Shown here piece by piece: positions 26,735 to 38,380 of a stretch of DNA of 64,000 bases. The number at the start of each line of letters is the position of its first letter. The stretch's first letter is position 1. The translations under genes were made by a program, and so were the position numbers. The stretch comes from Camelus ferus (Eukaryota): NCBI RefSeq assembly GCF_009834535.1, contig NC_045696.1, positions 58,964,001 through 59,028,000 on the forward strand, written 5' to 3'. The notes below the pieces were generated by a model. That model was given only the letters and a program-made list of their open reading frames with translations, had not been told where the DNA came from and searched no databases.

Positions 26735-27290
26735 TCTTTTTTTCTTTCTTTGAAATATTTATTTTGGCAAATTTCAAACACACACAAAAGTAGAGAAAGC
26801 AGTACAGTGAATTGTCAAAGACCTGTTTCTCAACTTTACTAATAGCCTATCTCATTTCATTTTTACCCCACTGAGTCCCACCAAACACAGATTATTTCTG
26901 AAGCAAGTATCAAAAACCATATCATTTTGCCAGTAAATAACTTATATCTCTAAAATATGTGGACTTTGAAAAAAAAACCCACAAGATTTAGCATCACATC
27001 TTAAAAATAGCACTAATTCCTTTGTATTGAATATCTTGTCAATGCTCAAATTTTCCTGATGTTCTTATAAAAAAATTTTTAAAAAGGTGTCTCAGTCAGG
27101 ATCCATGCACAATCCATGTATTGCTGTTGTTAGTGTCTCTTACATGCCTTTTCACTGAAGTTTCCTACAGGTTGTCCCCTCCTTTCCTTTTTGCTTACAA
27201 TTTACTTGTTCAAAAAGTAGGTGGTTATTTGTTCCACAGAGTTTCCAAAAGCCTGCAATTTGCTGACTCCACCCCTGTGGTTTCATAAGA
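26735..27290 (-). mobile_element. Old L1 (L1MC-like) 3' end
   Basis: tttattttggcaaatttcaaacacacacaaaagtagagaaagcagtacagtgaa; related piece near 31190-31410. Confidence 0.6.
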
Positions 27291-28048
27291 TCCTCAGTAG
27301 TATGACACGGGTCTAAGGCCCCTATATAGCATCAAAAGTGAGGGGGAAATTTTATAGAGAGGCAGATAGGTGCAAGGCTATTTAACACAGCATTACAGTA
27401 GTGAAAAAATGGAAACGGTCTAAACAATCTAAATGGAAACAACAAGGCCATGTCTAAACATCATTCTATGAACTATTTTATGGCCATTAAAAATCATGTT
27501 CTCAAATAACATTAAAAATACAGAAAGAAATAGTATAGAAAGATGCCTAAGTAACACGAGCAGATTAGAATGGTAAGCAGGGTACAAATAGCACGATGCC
27601 GATTTTGGTTTAAAACCCGAAAACATCATTCATTTCTGAGTCATAAGATTATATATTGTTTAAATTCCTCACCATGAGCAATAATGCATTACTTTTATAA
27701 ACAGATACTACAATAAACCCAAAAGATGCAGGAGCCCACATCATCTCTCATACTCTAAGTGCGTCCATTTGGTTCTCTGCAGTCACCAAAGTGAGTCATG
27801 GCACCCTCGGACAGCTGAAGAACCTAGAACAGGGAGTGGGCACCGGGCGGGGTGTGGGGCCTGGGCAGGTTTATTTTGAGGTGATTCTGATGTGAACTCC
27901 TCACTGGGAACCACTGTCCTGGAGCAATGACTTTGGCCTTGGCAGGCAGGTGGGGACGATGTTTCTGCCAGGTGGCACACCATGGGTGGGGGATTGCAAG
28001 AGAGGACACTTGTGTGGTGCATGACGCACCCCCGAAAGTCCTCCCACA

Positions 28049-28132
28049 CAAAAGCAAATAAACAAGAAAAAAAAAAGAATAAAAATTTTTTTAAATTAAA
28101 AAAGAAGAAGAAAACCAAAACAAAACAAAAAA
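28049..28132 (+). mobile_element. A-rich retroposon tail insertion with 15-bp TSD
   Basis: gaaagtcctcccaca (28034-28048) and gaaagtcttcccaca (28133-28147) flank an A-rich tract. Confidence 0.75.
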
Positions 28133-28174
28133 GAAAGTCTTCCCACAGAGAGTCAGGGTAAGGAAGGTACTCAC

Positions 28175-28381
28175 TTCTCACCAGGAGGGTCCAGCTGCAG
28201 GACACCTGGCCTCGGACGTTGGCGGCTGTGCAGGTGTAGTTCCCGCTGTCCCTTGCCCGGGCTCTCCGCAGGCAGAGGTATTGGGAACCCCCGTCTTCAT
28301 AAATCTCAATGGTGCCTTCTCGTCTCTTCACGGGGGCACCGTCCAGGAACCAGGTCACTTCGGGCTTGGGGATCCCTGAAA
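28175..28381 (-). CDS. MYLK: MYLK exon 11-equivalent (207 nt cassette, MLCK1 vs MLCK2), Ig3: (V)SGIPKPEVTWFLDGAPVKRREGTIEIYEDGGSQYLCLRRARARDSGNYTCTAANVRGQVSCSWTLLVR
   Basis: ttgtag|TT TCA, AGAA|gtgagt; symmetric phase 1-1, 69 codons; retains tyrosines equivalent to human Y464/Y471. Confidence 0.96.
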
Positions 28382-28924
28382 CTACAAGGCCAGATGAAGG
28401 ACATGAGGCCCCTGAGAGTGCCTGTAGGGCAGACGGCAGGGAGGGACTGAGCCCGAGGGAAGAGCTCAGTCTGGTGCACAGCTGCCCTCCCACGTGAACC
28501 TCTTTCTTCCCCTCTACCCTCTGCTCCACATCCCTAAGACACAGGCAGGGTCCTTGAGGAGGAAGGTTACAGGGGTGACAAGCCAGTTCTCCAGATCGGC
28601 AGCTGAAGGGAGGAAACAGAAGGAGACCCTGCGGCTTGTTTTGGTGGAGGTGGTGATGATGGGTTTCCCCTGTAGGGTAGTCAGAATTAGGGCTCAGGGT
28701 CGATGAGTCTCCAACCCTGAAAAGTGGACCACTGCTGGGTGCTTCTCCAGAACAAGGGGCATTATTAGACTGAGTCCTTCCTGATGGGAGACCCCTTCCC
28801 AGGGTGGGGGCCCTAGTCCGAGGGGATGGTGGATATGGGAGGCTCAGATCACTGTGCTGAAGGAAGGGAGTGACCACCCGGGGCTACCATGTGGGTGCCA
28901 GTGACCTCAGGTAGCTCTCCTCAC

Positions 28925-29442
28925 CTTCACACTTGAACTTGACTGTTTGATCTTCACTGACTTCCTGGCTTTGGGGCTTGCTCTCAAATCTGGGGGCTGT
29001 TGTGTCCCTCTGGCTCTCTGTGGAGATCCTCCTGGGGGCAGCCTTGCTCACGACATCTTGGCTTCCCAGGCCAGACTGCCTGGTGGTGAGGGCGGCTGGC
29101 GGGGGAGCTGCGGGCCTCTCCCTCTCTTCTCTGGATGGAGAAAGTGTGCCTGAGACTGGTGCTCTCGGTTCCAGCTGGACTTTGGCGGCCTGCAGGGTGA
29201 TGGTGCTGGAAGTCTGCAGGACGGGGGGCCTTGGGGCCTTTCTGGGTGAGTCCCCAGATGGCTCCAGCTTGGATTCCTGCAGGGGTGGAGGCCGGCTACT
29301 TGTGGCCCAGACAGGGGTGCTGGAGTAGTTCTTACTTCCACCTGCAGCCTCTGGGCCGTCCGGTTTCGGCCCCTGAGTGATTCCGTTGGTCACTTCCTTA
29401 CTGATGTCGGAATTGGCCACCTTTGTTCCTCTCACCAGCGAC
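28925..29442 (-). CDS. MYLK: MYLK exon 10-equivalent (518 nt), Pro/Ser-rich linker and start of Ig3: SLVRGTKVANSDISKEV...APRFESKPQSQEVSEDQTVKFKCE
   Basis: aaacag|G TCG, GAAG|gtgagg; phase 2 to 1; inside ORF 28884..29525. Confidence 0.95.
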
Positions 29443-30650
29443 CTGTTTGGTGGTGGTGGTGGTGGAGAAGGGACAGTGGGAAGAAGGAGGAACAGAATGA
29501 TCACCTGGTTACTCATCACAAGCACAGACTCCAGGGATCACAAAAGCCCACAAATCAAAAGAGAATAAGAGAGAAAGTCTTTCTTTCTTTCATTTTGCTC
29601 AGTTTCCAGCCGGAAAACAAGCAGCCATCCTCGTTCTTCCCAGTCCCTCATCCTCAATCCAGTGTTCCACTTACACTGATTACATCTGCCCTCCTCTCCA
29701 CAAGGGCCACGCTGATTAAGACACGCGACCGGTTTTCCCATCCACACTGGCCCTCTCTCACCCATGTTCCACACAGCAAGCACAGCCCATCTTTTAAAAA
29801 CATAAATTGAATCATGCCATTTCAAGCTTAAGGATTTCCAACAGCTTCTCCACTCTATTAAGAATAAAACTGAGCTGCTCAAGATGGCCCACAGGGTCGC
29901 CCTGTGAGAGCTGGCTCTTCTGCTGCATGGATGTTGTAAGACCCCATCTCCGTTGCCTGCCAGGCTGCGGCCACACGGGGTTCTTCGGGCTCCACAGCCA
30001 CCTCTCACCTCGCCACTTGCACACATGCAACCCCTCTGTTTGGAACCCTTTCTCCCTTCTTCACCGAGTTCATACTACTCCTCATAGGCCTGAGCTCAAA
30101 CACCAAGCTTGCAGAAAGGGGCTCTCTGTCCCTCTGTTCTAAATTAGCACTTCTCATAGAGGCATCAGAGTTTGTAGTTATGTTTTGTGAGGCTCCGTTT
30201 AAGGCCCTTCTCCACACCAGACATCAGCTCACCACACACACCCAGCATCTTACATGGAACCTCACATTCAGGAAAGGAAGCTTCTGATGAAGATGTGCTG
30301 GGTGAGCAGGGGGATTCTGGCCTTGAACGTGGAGGGCATCCTTTGCCGAGCAGAGTGCTCTTCCTGATGACGGCTAACTAGCACAGATACTGAGCAGAAG
30401 CTGAGAAAGATGACAGCACTGAGTCTGCTAGAGTCTCAATACCGATGGCAAGTCTGACACAGAAACTGGATGGCGTGTTACGACAGGAAAACAAAACAAA
30501 ACACCCCAAATAGAGCAATTCCCCACCAATAGTCAGTTTCCCCTCCCTATAGGACAGCTCAGAAATTCAGGGCATTTCTCAGTTATAATCCCTCTTCCCT
30601 TGCAGAGCATTTTGATTTGGAAACATGATCATCACAAAGCTGACACATAC

Positions 30651-30669
30651 CTGTTGGTACTGTCCAAAC
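30651..30669 (-). CDS. MYLK: MYLK exon 9-equivalent, 19-nt micro-exon: (G)LDSTN(R)
   Basis: ccttttccag|GTTTGGACAGTACCAACAG|gtatgt; phase 1 to 2 is needed to join exons 8 and 10; human GLDSANR. Confidence 0.93.
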
Positions 30670-32431
30670 CTGGAAAAGGGGAGAAGGCAGAATGACCATT
30701 AGTAGGATGCTTTATACACCATGAGCAGAGAGGGGCAAGATAACAGCCTCTCACTTCTGACGGAGTTCTGGCCTCACAAGCTCTCACTTTCCCCATCACT
30801 GATGGTCTCCCCCCTTCTCTCCTTTCAGCTTCCCGCTCCTGAACTTCTTGGGTTAACTGATAAACTCCTCTGAACCCTGGAGACACGGCCAAGCTCCCAG
30901 CGCTGCCCTGCGCCCTTATGGTGTCCTCTGCTGCCCTACCCTGAGCATGGGACCTCCCTGTCTCTAGTCCATAGGAGGAAAAAAAAACACTCAAGGGGCA
31001 AACAAAAATAAATATCGACTGAAAACTTCAAACCCAAACAGTGTACCTTGCATGTGGCCCTCAAAAGAACCCCTCATAGCTATCATTTTTGACAAATACC
31101 TGCTTTAAAAATGTACAGGATAAGTATAATTTTATTTAGTTCTTTAAAGAAAAAACATACAATATCCCATGTATTTTTTCCCTGCTACATTATTTTTTTT
31201 TAATTTTATCATGGAAAATTTCAAAATACACAGTAGTACAGAGAACGATATAACAGACACTGAAAGCCAACACCCAGATTAGGAAAATACCAGCATTTTG
31301 CCAATCTTATCTATCCCTTTTTGTTTTGGTTTTTTGAGGGGTTTTTCTGGGAGTATTTTTAAACGAATCCCAGGCAACACACCATTTTGTCATTAAGTGC
31401 CTCAGAAGGGAACAGTTCTTTAATTCAGTGCTGGGGCAAGTAAAGGGAGAGTGACTAAGACACTTCTCTCGATGACTGACGACAGCAGGTCCTGAGCCCG
31501 CAGTGAGTTGTGAAGTCAAACTCTTTGGTCAGGCCCAGGGTTTTCCCCTTAATGGTGTACAATAAAAGGGAAAACACCAGCATGTGCTGCCCATAATACT
31601 ACTCAGGATTGTTTCATGAGACTTATTTCAGTTAAATATGTCTTTATACATATGTATGTTGCAATGTAGAATAAATTTGTTTCTGTGGGTTGTGAAAACA
31701 CGTGGGCTGAAAGTGGTAAAGAGAACAAGGAGGGATATTTTCTGAGAAAGGAAGGAGACAGGGAAGAGAAAAATCATAGAAGAAACGAGGGTAAGGAAGG
31801 AGGGGGAGACAGTGAGGGTGGCTTCCCTCCCTGATCCCCACGTCCCACCCTGCTCAAGGTTCCCGCTCCAATGAAGTGGCATCAATCTCCTTCTCCATCC
31901 ACACCTCGGTATTTCCAGGCTGGACCAAGGAGAATGTAAGGAGGACACATATTCAGAGAGATTTCAAGAAAGGAGTTGTCTGGGACTGATGACTACAGCA
32001 AGGAGAAGACAGGGGTCAAAAGCGATGCTGAAATGTCCAGTCTAGGGGAGATGAAGACCTAAGCTGAGGGAGCACCTGATTTGAAGGCCAAGGTGGATGA
32101 CAAATTTAGGCAGGTTAAATTTGGGGTGATGGTAAGATAGTAGCAATGTCCACTCTTCCGAAAGTCAATTAGAGATATAAATAAAAAGGGGTCTGAGCAA
32201 GAAGGAAAGGCTGAAGACAGGTGTAAGGACACAGGAGAAGCACCTTTCTCCGTGGCCGTGTCTGTGCTGCTCGCCCACTTCCCTTCTGATTCAAGACCCT
32301 GCCCCTGAGGACACATGGGTATGTAAGCACAACACGTGGAACACACAGATGCATAATGAACAAGAAGCTCCTCCAGGGAGGGGGTCGCCGGGAATGGACT
32401 GCCCTGCACTAGCCCTCCCTCCACTTGATAC

Positions 32432-32597
32432 CTTGGATGGAGAGCTCAGCCGACATGGAAGCTTTCCCCGACCCATTCACCACCAAGCACGTGTACACGC
32501 CCACGTCATCTCGGCTGACCTCGTGGATTTCCAGAACTTGCATCCCATTCTTCTCAGACATAGACACACGGGCACTGGGCTGCAGGGGGATGTCTCC
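32432..32597 (-). CDS. MYLK: MYLK exon 8-equivalent (166 nt), rest of Ig2: GDIPLQPSARVSMSEKNGMQVLEIHEVSRDDVGVYTCLVVNGSGKASMSAELSIQ
   Basis: cacag|GGA, CAAG|gtatca; phase 0 to 1; inside ORF 32409..32672. Confidence 0.96.
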
Positions 32598-33573
32598 CTG
32601 TGGATGGCAGAGAAACTGCTCACCTTCTGGCTCAGTCCTCCTACCTCCTGCCAATCTAACTGGGAAAGACACCAGGCATGGACAGCAGGGCCCTCTGCTC
32701 TGGGCCCTGACAACACACTCAGAGAGCAGCCTTAGAGCAACTCAGGGGCCCTGACTCAGTGTACGTATGTGCTGTGGAGTTCAGTCCAGCTTAGAACAGG
32801 TGTATGGACCCTGTTTCAAAGGAGCCCTAGCTGGAGGGGGAAATCCTACCTTCCTCACTTTTGTTCTCCTTTGTTTCCCTCTTCCTTTTATCTTGTCCCA
32901 GGGTCAGTACAGGAGAGTCAGGAAATAGGTAAAAAGCATCCCATCACTGATTCTTATCCAGGAGTTCTATCTGTGGAACTATCTATCTACTCTCCCTGGC
33001 CTTGACCTCAGGTGTTCCCTATGGCTCCTCACTGCCCGGTTGACATCCACCTGTCCCCCTCCCACTGCTGCCTCCTCCTCCCCTTCCACCGCCTTCTCCC
33101 CCCACTCTGCCTTGACATGGCCCAGCCCTGAATGATTTATAAAGCACTCCTACATGCAGGATTTTGAGGTAGGTGGGATTATCTCTGCCTCCCAGATAAG
33201 AAAACTGAGGTTCTAAGAGATCAAATGACTTGCCCAGCATCAAATGCTTTGTGAATCAGGGAGCTGTGGCTTGAAACCAGTCCCAGGCTGCAAATTCCCC
33301 TCTCCTAGGATAGCCAGATCTGTCTTAACTTGGAAATTTCATGCTGTAAATGTGTGGATTACAGGACATCATGGACTAAGGAGCAGAAGGAGGGTGTGCA
33401 AACAGGGACAAGAACAGGCATGGCTATCAAACACACAGAGAACCTCAAGGACCATACACAGCTGAAACAGGAGCGACTGACTGGGCAGCCAAACTCCCAC
33501 TAGCCCAGGGATCTAACCCTGAAGTTCTGGGTTTCCTAGGCCTGGGCCACAGTCAGGTTAGACAAAACCTCAC

Positions 33574-33739
33574 CTTGAGCCATGTGACCCGTGGCTGGGG
33601 CCTGCCAGTGATCTTGCAAGAGAACCGCCCCATCTGTCCTTCTTTGACCACCGCTCGGCCCAGCTTGGTAGCAAACTTTGGTGGGCACTCTCCCCAGATG
33701 CTCGGACGGGTCTCCACTGCAGGGGCTGCAAATCTGTCC
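33574..33739 (-). CDS. MYLK: MYLK exon 7-equivalent (166 nt), start of Ig2: DRFAAPAVETRPSIWGECPPKFATKLGRAVVKEGQMGRFSCKITGRPQPRVTWLK
   Basis: tttccag|G GAC AGA, CTCAAG|gtgagg; phase 2 to 0; translated manually. Confidence 0.96.
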
Positions 33740-33789
33740 CTGGAAAGAAATCAGCAGAGAGTCCAAAGCAATTAAGATCCTTTTTTATC

Positions 33790-34333
33790 TGTCCCCATCC
33801 AAATCACTTAAGTTGTGGTCAGAAACCAGCAAAGGGCAGCCTTCCCAATTCTGTGCCTCAAACACACTTTTAATGCACCCTTTGGAAAATCTGTGGCACC
33901 AAAACCTACGTCCTCTGCCTCCTGGGCATGCAGCTAGATTTCATTTACCAGCCTCCCCTGAAGTCAGGTCTACCTGATTTCTACTGAGCTCTGGCCAAAG
34001 CCTGGATTTCAAGCAACAGACTGTAAGCAGAAGTGCTGTATGTCACTTCTAGGCTGGACCCATTAAACCTCCCCTGTGTTTTCCACGCTCTCTCTTGCCC
34101 ATACTTCTGGCTAGATGCAGAGTCCTGCAGAGGATCCCAGGCCTAGGAGGTGATGAAGCCACAAAACAGAAGGAGCCTGGGTCCCTGGAAGAGAATGGGA
34201 AGGTTCTCCACCTATCCAAGAATATGTGAACTGACTTTGCTTGAGTAAGAAGTAAACTTTCCCTGTGTTAAGCCATTGTGATCTGGGGGCTTGTCTGTAA
34301 CAGCAGCCACTGTTACTTATCCTTACCAATATA
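33790..34333 (+). mobile_element. MaLR (MLT1J/K-like) LTR
   Basis: gagccacaa-type core, ggagcctgggtccctg, tgtgttaagccattgtgatctgggggcttgtctgtaacagcagc terminus. Confidence 0.7.
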
Positions 34334-34335
34334 GG
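34326..34335. promoter_or_regulatory. CArG box CCAATATAGG (candidate SRF site)
   Basis: Exact CC(A/T)6GG; motif only. Confidence 0.3.
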
Positions 34336-34672
34336 TTTACTTGCCATAAGAAATCTCACATACTGATTGCCTCTTTTAAGTCTGTTTATTTAAGTCTTCT
34401 GATTATTGCCTTGATTGTTAGCGATCCCCACAGACTATGGCCATGTAGCCCATTTCCTCGGCATTTAGCAGCTGGACCAGTCAAAGGGGCTATCCACGGA
34501 GGCCACCAGGTCAGGAGGTGCTGTGTGAATGACACGTCACACCCCAAGAGGCTCCCACTTTAGTTATCATAACCCAGGATGCTTCAAAGGACTTACTCCC
34601 TAGGCTGTTCTGTCAAGGCAGCAAGAAAAGCCAGTCCAGCCCTCACCCTGGGCTGAACATCCCATAACTTAC

Positions 34673-34721
34673 CCCAAGGCTTTGGAAACAACAGGCTGCC
34701 CATGCTTCTTCACAAAGCCCC
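34673..34721 (-). CDS. MYLK: MYLK exon 6-equivalent (49 nt): (G)GFVKKHGQPVVSKAL(G)
   Basis: ttgcag|GG...TTGGG|gtaagt; phase 1 to 2 bridges exons 5 and 7; resembles human SFAKQLGQPVVSKTLG; not in ORF track. Confidence 0.95.
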
Positions 34722-37124
34722 CTGCAAGTAGAAGTCAAAGAAAAAGAGGCTTGAAAAGTCCCATCTGAGCCACCAATTTGGAGCAACAAAAGTCAGAAAG
34801 AGTCAACAAGGCGGATGGGTGAGATAAGGATGGAATAGTTCACCCTGACGGAGCCCACATCGCATCAGGCTCTAAGGTGGGCACTTTACACACATTCTCA
34901 CATGGATTTCCTGCAATAATTTAAGGAGGCTGGTATTACACTAACTTTCTATTTTCTAAACAGGTGAGAGAAATGAGATTCAGAGGTGAGAAATGGTCCA
35001 CTTGAGTCACAGAGCCAATAATGGTGCAGGGAAGCGTCCAGGTCTGCCTGTTCTAGAACATGCCACCATTCTGCCGAGCTGTTATATACCCCTGGACCTT
35101 CCACTTTGGGGATGATCTATGGTGATTAGGACCTCTGCAGAAAAGGACCCCACTGAAGAGAAGAGGGGCAGATGCACACGCATCTCTCTTAGCACGTCTA
35201 TTCACGTTTGAAACCCAGTCACCATTCTATCCTTCCACTTAAGGCCCAGCAAACAGCAGCACCTGTCCTGCTGGGTGGAGCAGATCACTGGAGATGAGCG
35301 ACACCTGCTCATCCTGGTGTCCTGCTGGTGTGGAGTCTGCACCAGCAGGACACCGGGCACTGCCGGTCCTGGGTGAGGTGCTGCTGTGCTGAGCAGGAAG
35401 CAGTTAAACAGCAGAGCCAGCAAGGCAGCTGGGGTCAGCTTCCTTATCCAGCTGCTGCTTCTGGGGAGAAACAGCTCATAATGTGACCGGAAAGTGACTA
35501 TACAGCAGTGGGGTGTTTTTGAGTAGGGAGGGGGAGAGGAGGACACTTCTGAGATGATCTGCCTGGAAGTTTTTCTCTTTTTACCACAAGCTGGAAGTGT
35601 TTGTAAAACCCCACCCAAGGTATGCATGGAGAGGGTGGAAGTCATTCCCTGATATCAGCAGGCAACTGCAACGGGAGATTTTGCTGGGTGCTTCTTGGAA
35701 TATGGGAAACTTCCTTACATTCCAGCACTGATCACATCTGTATGAATGCATAGGAGCACAGAGATGAAGGACGAAGATCATGGCTGAGGAATTCCCTCAG
35801 CCACATCTGGTTTAAGGTTTCACCAGAACCTCAGTGGAAAAGGAATAATAGCAAATGCCAGCCTCACACTTTCGTTGTGGTTCCATATAGGCTGGCAATT
35901 GTTGTACGTGCATTTCTGCTTAACATAACCATTTAGTGAGCTGTGTAGAGTTCTTTCCCCACAATATGGGTTCAGTTCTTGTTATTCAGCTCTCTGTTTG
36001 AGGTTAAAAGAACTTCTAAGCTGACAAAAGAAGAGAGCTGTTCTGGGAGGACCCGATGGACAACTGCAGTCAAGATGCTGGGTCCCCTCAGACATGACCG
36101 GGGGAGCGCAAACCCATCCATTCTTGTAGGAAATATCTGAGCCAATGGGAATCACAAGCTTTAGAGACACTCTGCTCTTAGGCCTGCTCCTTCCTTTCTG
36201 CACCGCCAGTCAGAGGAAATGATGTTAAAAGCAGGAAAGAAAACTTACAAAGCTACTCTCTTTGGTCTTGTCTGCAACAGTAAAAATTGGGAACAACGTA
36301 AATGTCACACAGTAGGGAGACAAAAAGTGGTTTAGTAAAATGCACAGTTGGATATCTTATTCTGCCACCAAATTGTGTTTGAGTATATGAAACACACAGA
36401 CATATCTTAAATAGCATATCATTTGCTCCCCAGCACAATCTGGTTGGGTCATGAACCTCTCCACTCCACTGAGCTCCATTCCGACCACCATCTTAACTAA
36501 CCTGGTGGTTAATCCTCTTCCTCAGCTCACTCAGTAGCATTTGACACAAGGGGCCACTCCCTTTCGAAGCACTTTCTCCTGCAGGCTCTCCTGCTCTTAC
36601 CAGGTTGCCTGTTCTTCTCAGCCTCCTTCCTTCTTCGAACTGAACTTGATCTCTGAGAGTGCCCTAGGGCGAAGTCTTGGGTCCTCCCTCAGTGCTATGG
36701 ACTCTCCCTCAGGAGGTCAGATAGTCCCATGGCTTTAAATATCATCTGTAAGCTGATAACTCCCAAACCATATCCCCACCAGAACTTTCTATTTATCAGA
36801 GGTATCGAGACCAGTGCCTGGTGTATTGTAGGTATTCAAATATTTGTTAAATGAACAAGTTTTATGGAAAAAAGCGCAGCATGCAAAATTTTCTATTCAA
36901 TGTGATCATAATCAGGTAAAAATAAAAATACTCAAACATAGTAAAATGACCAGAAGAAAATATATCAAAACATTCTTGCCTCTTATACATACTCTATTCC
37001 ACAGAATTAGCCACACACCAATCACTAAGATTCCTGTGGGAAAAAATAGCTCTGTACAATTCACTGCACTTGTCATGCTACTATACCACTCATTTCACGT
37101 TGGAGTAAAGATGTGATAAAAATT

Positions 37125-37552
37125 AGACTGGTCAATGGATGAATGGATAGACAAAATGAGGTCTACCTATACAATGAAATATTATTCAGCCATACAAAGG
37201 AATAAAGTAACGATACATGCTACAACATGGATGAACCTTGACAATTTTTGCTAAGTGAAAAAAGCCAGGCACACAAAAATCTATGATTCCATTTACAGGA
37301 GATGTTCAGAAGAGGCAAATCCATAGAGACAGAAAACAGATGAGTGGTTGCCAGGGGCTGGGGCAGGGGGGAAGGGGAGTGACAGTTCAGTGGGTTTGGG
37401 GCTCTGTTTGGGGTGATGGAAATTTCTGGAACTAGACAGTGATGATGCGTGGACACCATTATGAATGTACTTACTGCCACTGAATTGTATTCTTCAAAAT
37501 GGTTAAAACGGCAAATTTTATGTTATGTGTATTTTACCACAACTAAAAAAAA
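37125..37552 (+). mobile_element. L1MB-like 3' end
   Basis: gatacatgctacaacatggatgaaccttga...ggttaaaacggcaaattttatgttatgtgtattttaccacaa, then A tail. Confidence 0.85.
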
Positions 37553-38249
37553 TCAGACTGAGCATCTTTAAAACTCTTGGGAGCTGGACATCTTAATCCA
37601 AAGGCTAAAATTCCTTTACTCCTTAAAAAAAAAAAAAAGCAAAAATATGATATTTCCTCAAAGGATAGCAAAAGAATGCTGCTTGGAGATACTTCTATAT
37701 CAGAGTAAGAACAGTTCTTGGTAAGATCCAAAGGTAACATATAAAGCAGTCAGCTAAAAATGGAATTGAGAAATGCTTATTTTAATTCAAGTCAACACCA
37801 GAGACATATATCAAAGCAAAAAAGAATGTGGGCTAAAATAGCTAGCAGGGTCTATTTATAGGCAAACATTTGAAGTTGCAAATTGTCAGATAAGGCAAAA
37901 TTAATTTCGTGAAAGTATGAAAATCTGGCAGAACAGCTAGACTATGTAGAAAAATAAGGAGAAAGAGGATTAAGGTAGAAAAGCCAAAGATAGAAAAGTT
38001 AAGAGAATTGGTGAAGACAGGATCGAGTGAGTTAGGGGGGAAAAAGGCCAAGGCACTGAAGGTATTTAAACAGGAATCTCAGACATTTTTCAAGGACGAG
38101 TAAAAGAGAATGCTGGCAGGTCTTCGGAGTGAAAAGTTCAACAGTGGAGACACCTCGCTCTTTTTGTCAAAGACTGAGTAGACACAGAGAATGCTGCCGA
38201 GGAGGGGAATAATGCGATCACGATGGTAAAAAGAAGAAGGGCTTCTTAA

Positions 38250-38380
38250 AGTGTGTGATGATCTAATTTATCATCCAAAAAGGCATGCTGACACTGAAAG
38301 GGAGATAATTAATAATTCAGCCAGGACAACAGGAGTAAATCAGGACGGTTCCAGGAAAACCAGAGAGCAGTCATTCCTAT
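38250..38380 (+). mobile_element. MER94-like hAT-Blackjack MITE (diverged)
   Basis: taatttatcatccaaa...tgaaagggagataattaataatt...ccaggacaacagg; related to the copy at 43590. Confidence 0.55.

Noticed and set aside
27783..28877. 364-aa ORF as an independent protein
   Set aside because: Only the central 69 codons (exon 11) are protein-like; the rest is intron, and the Phe-rich part comes from the A-rich insertion
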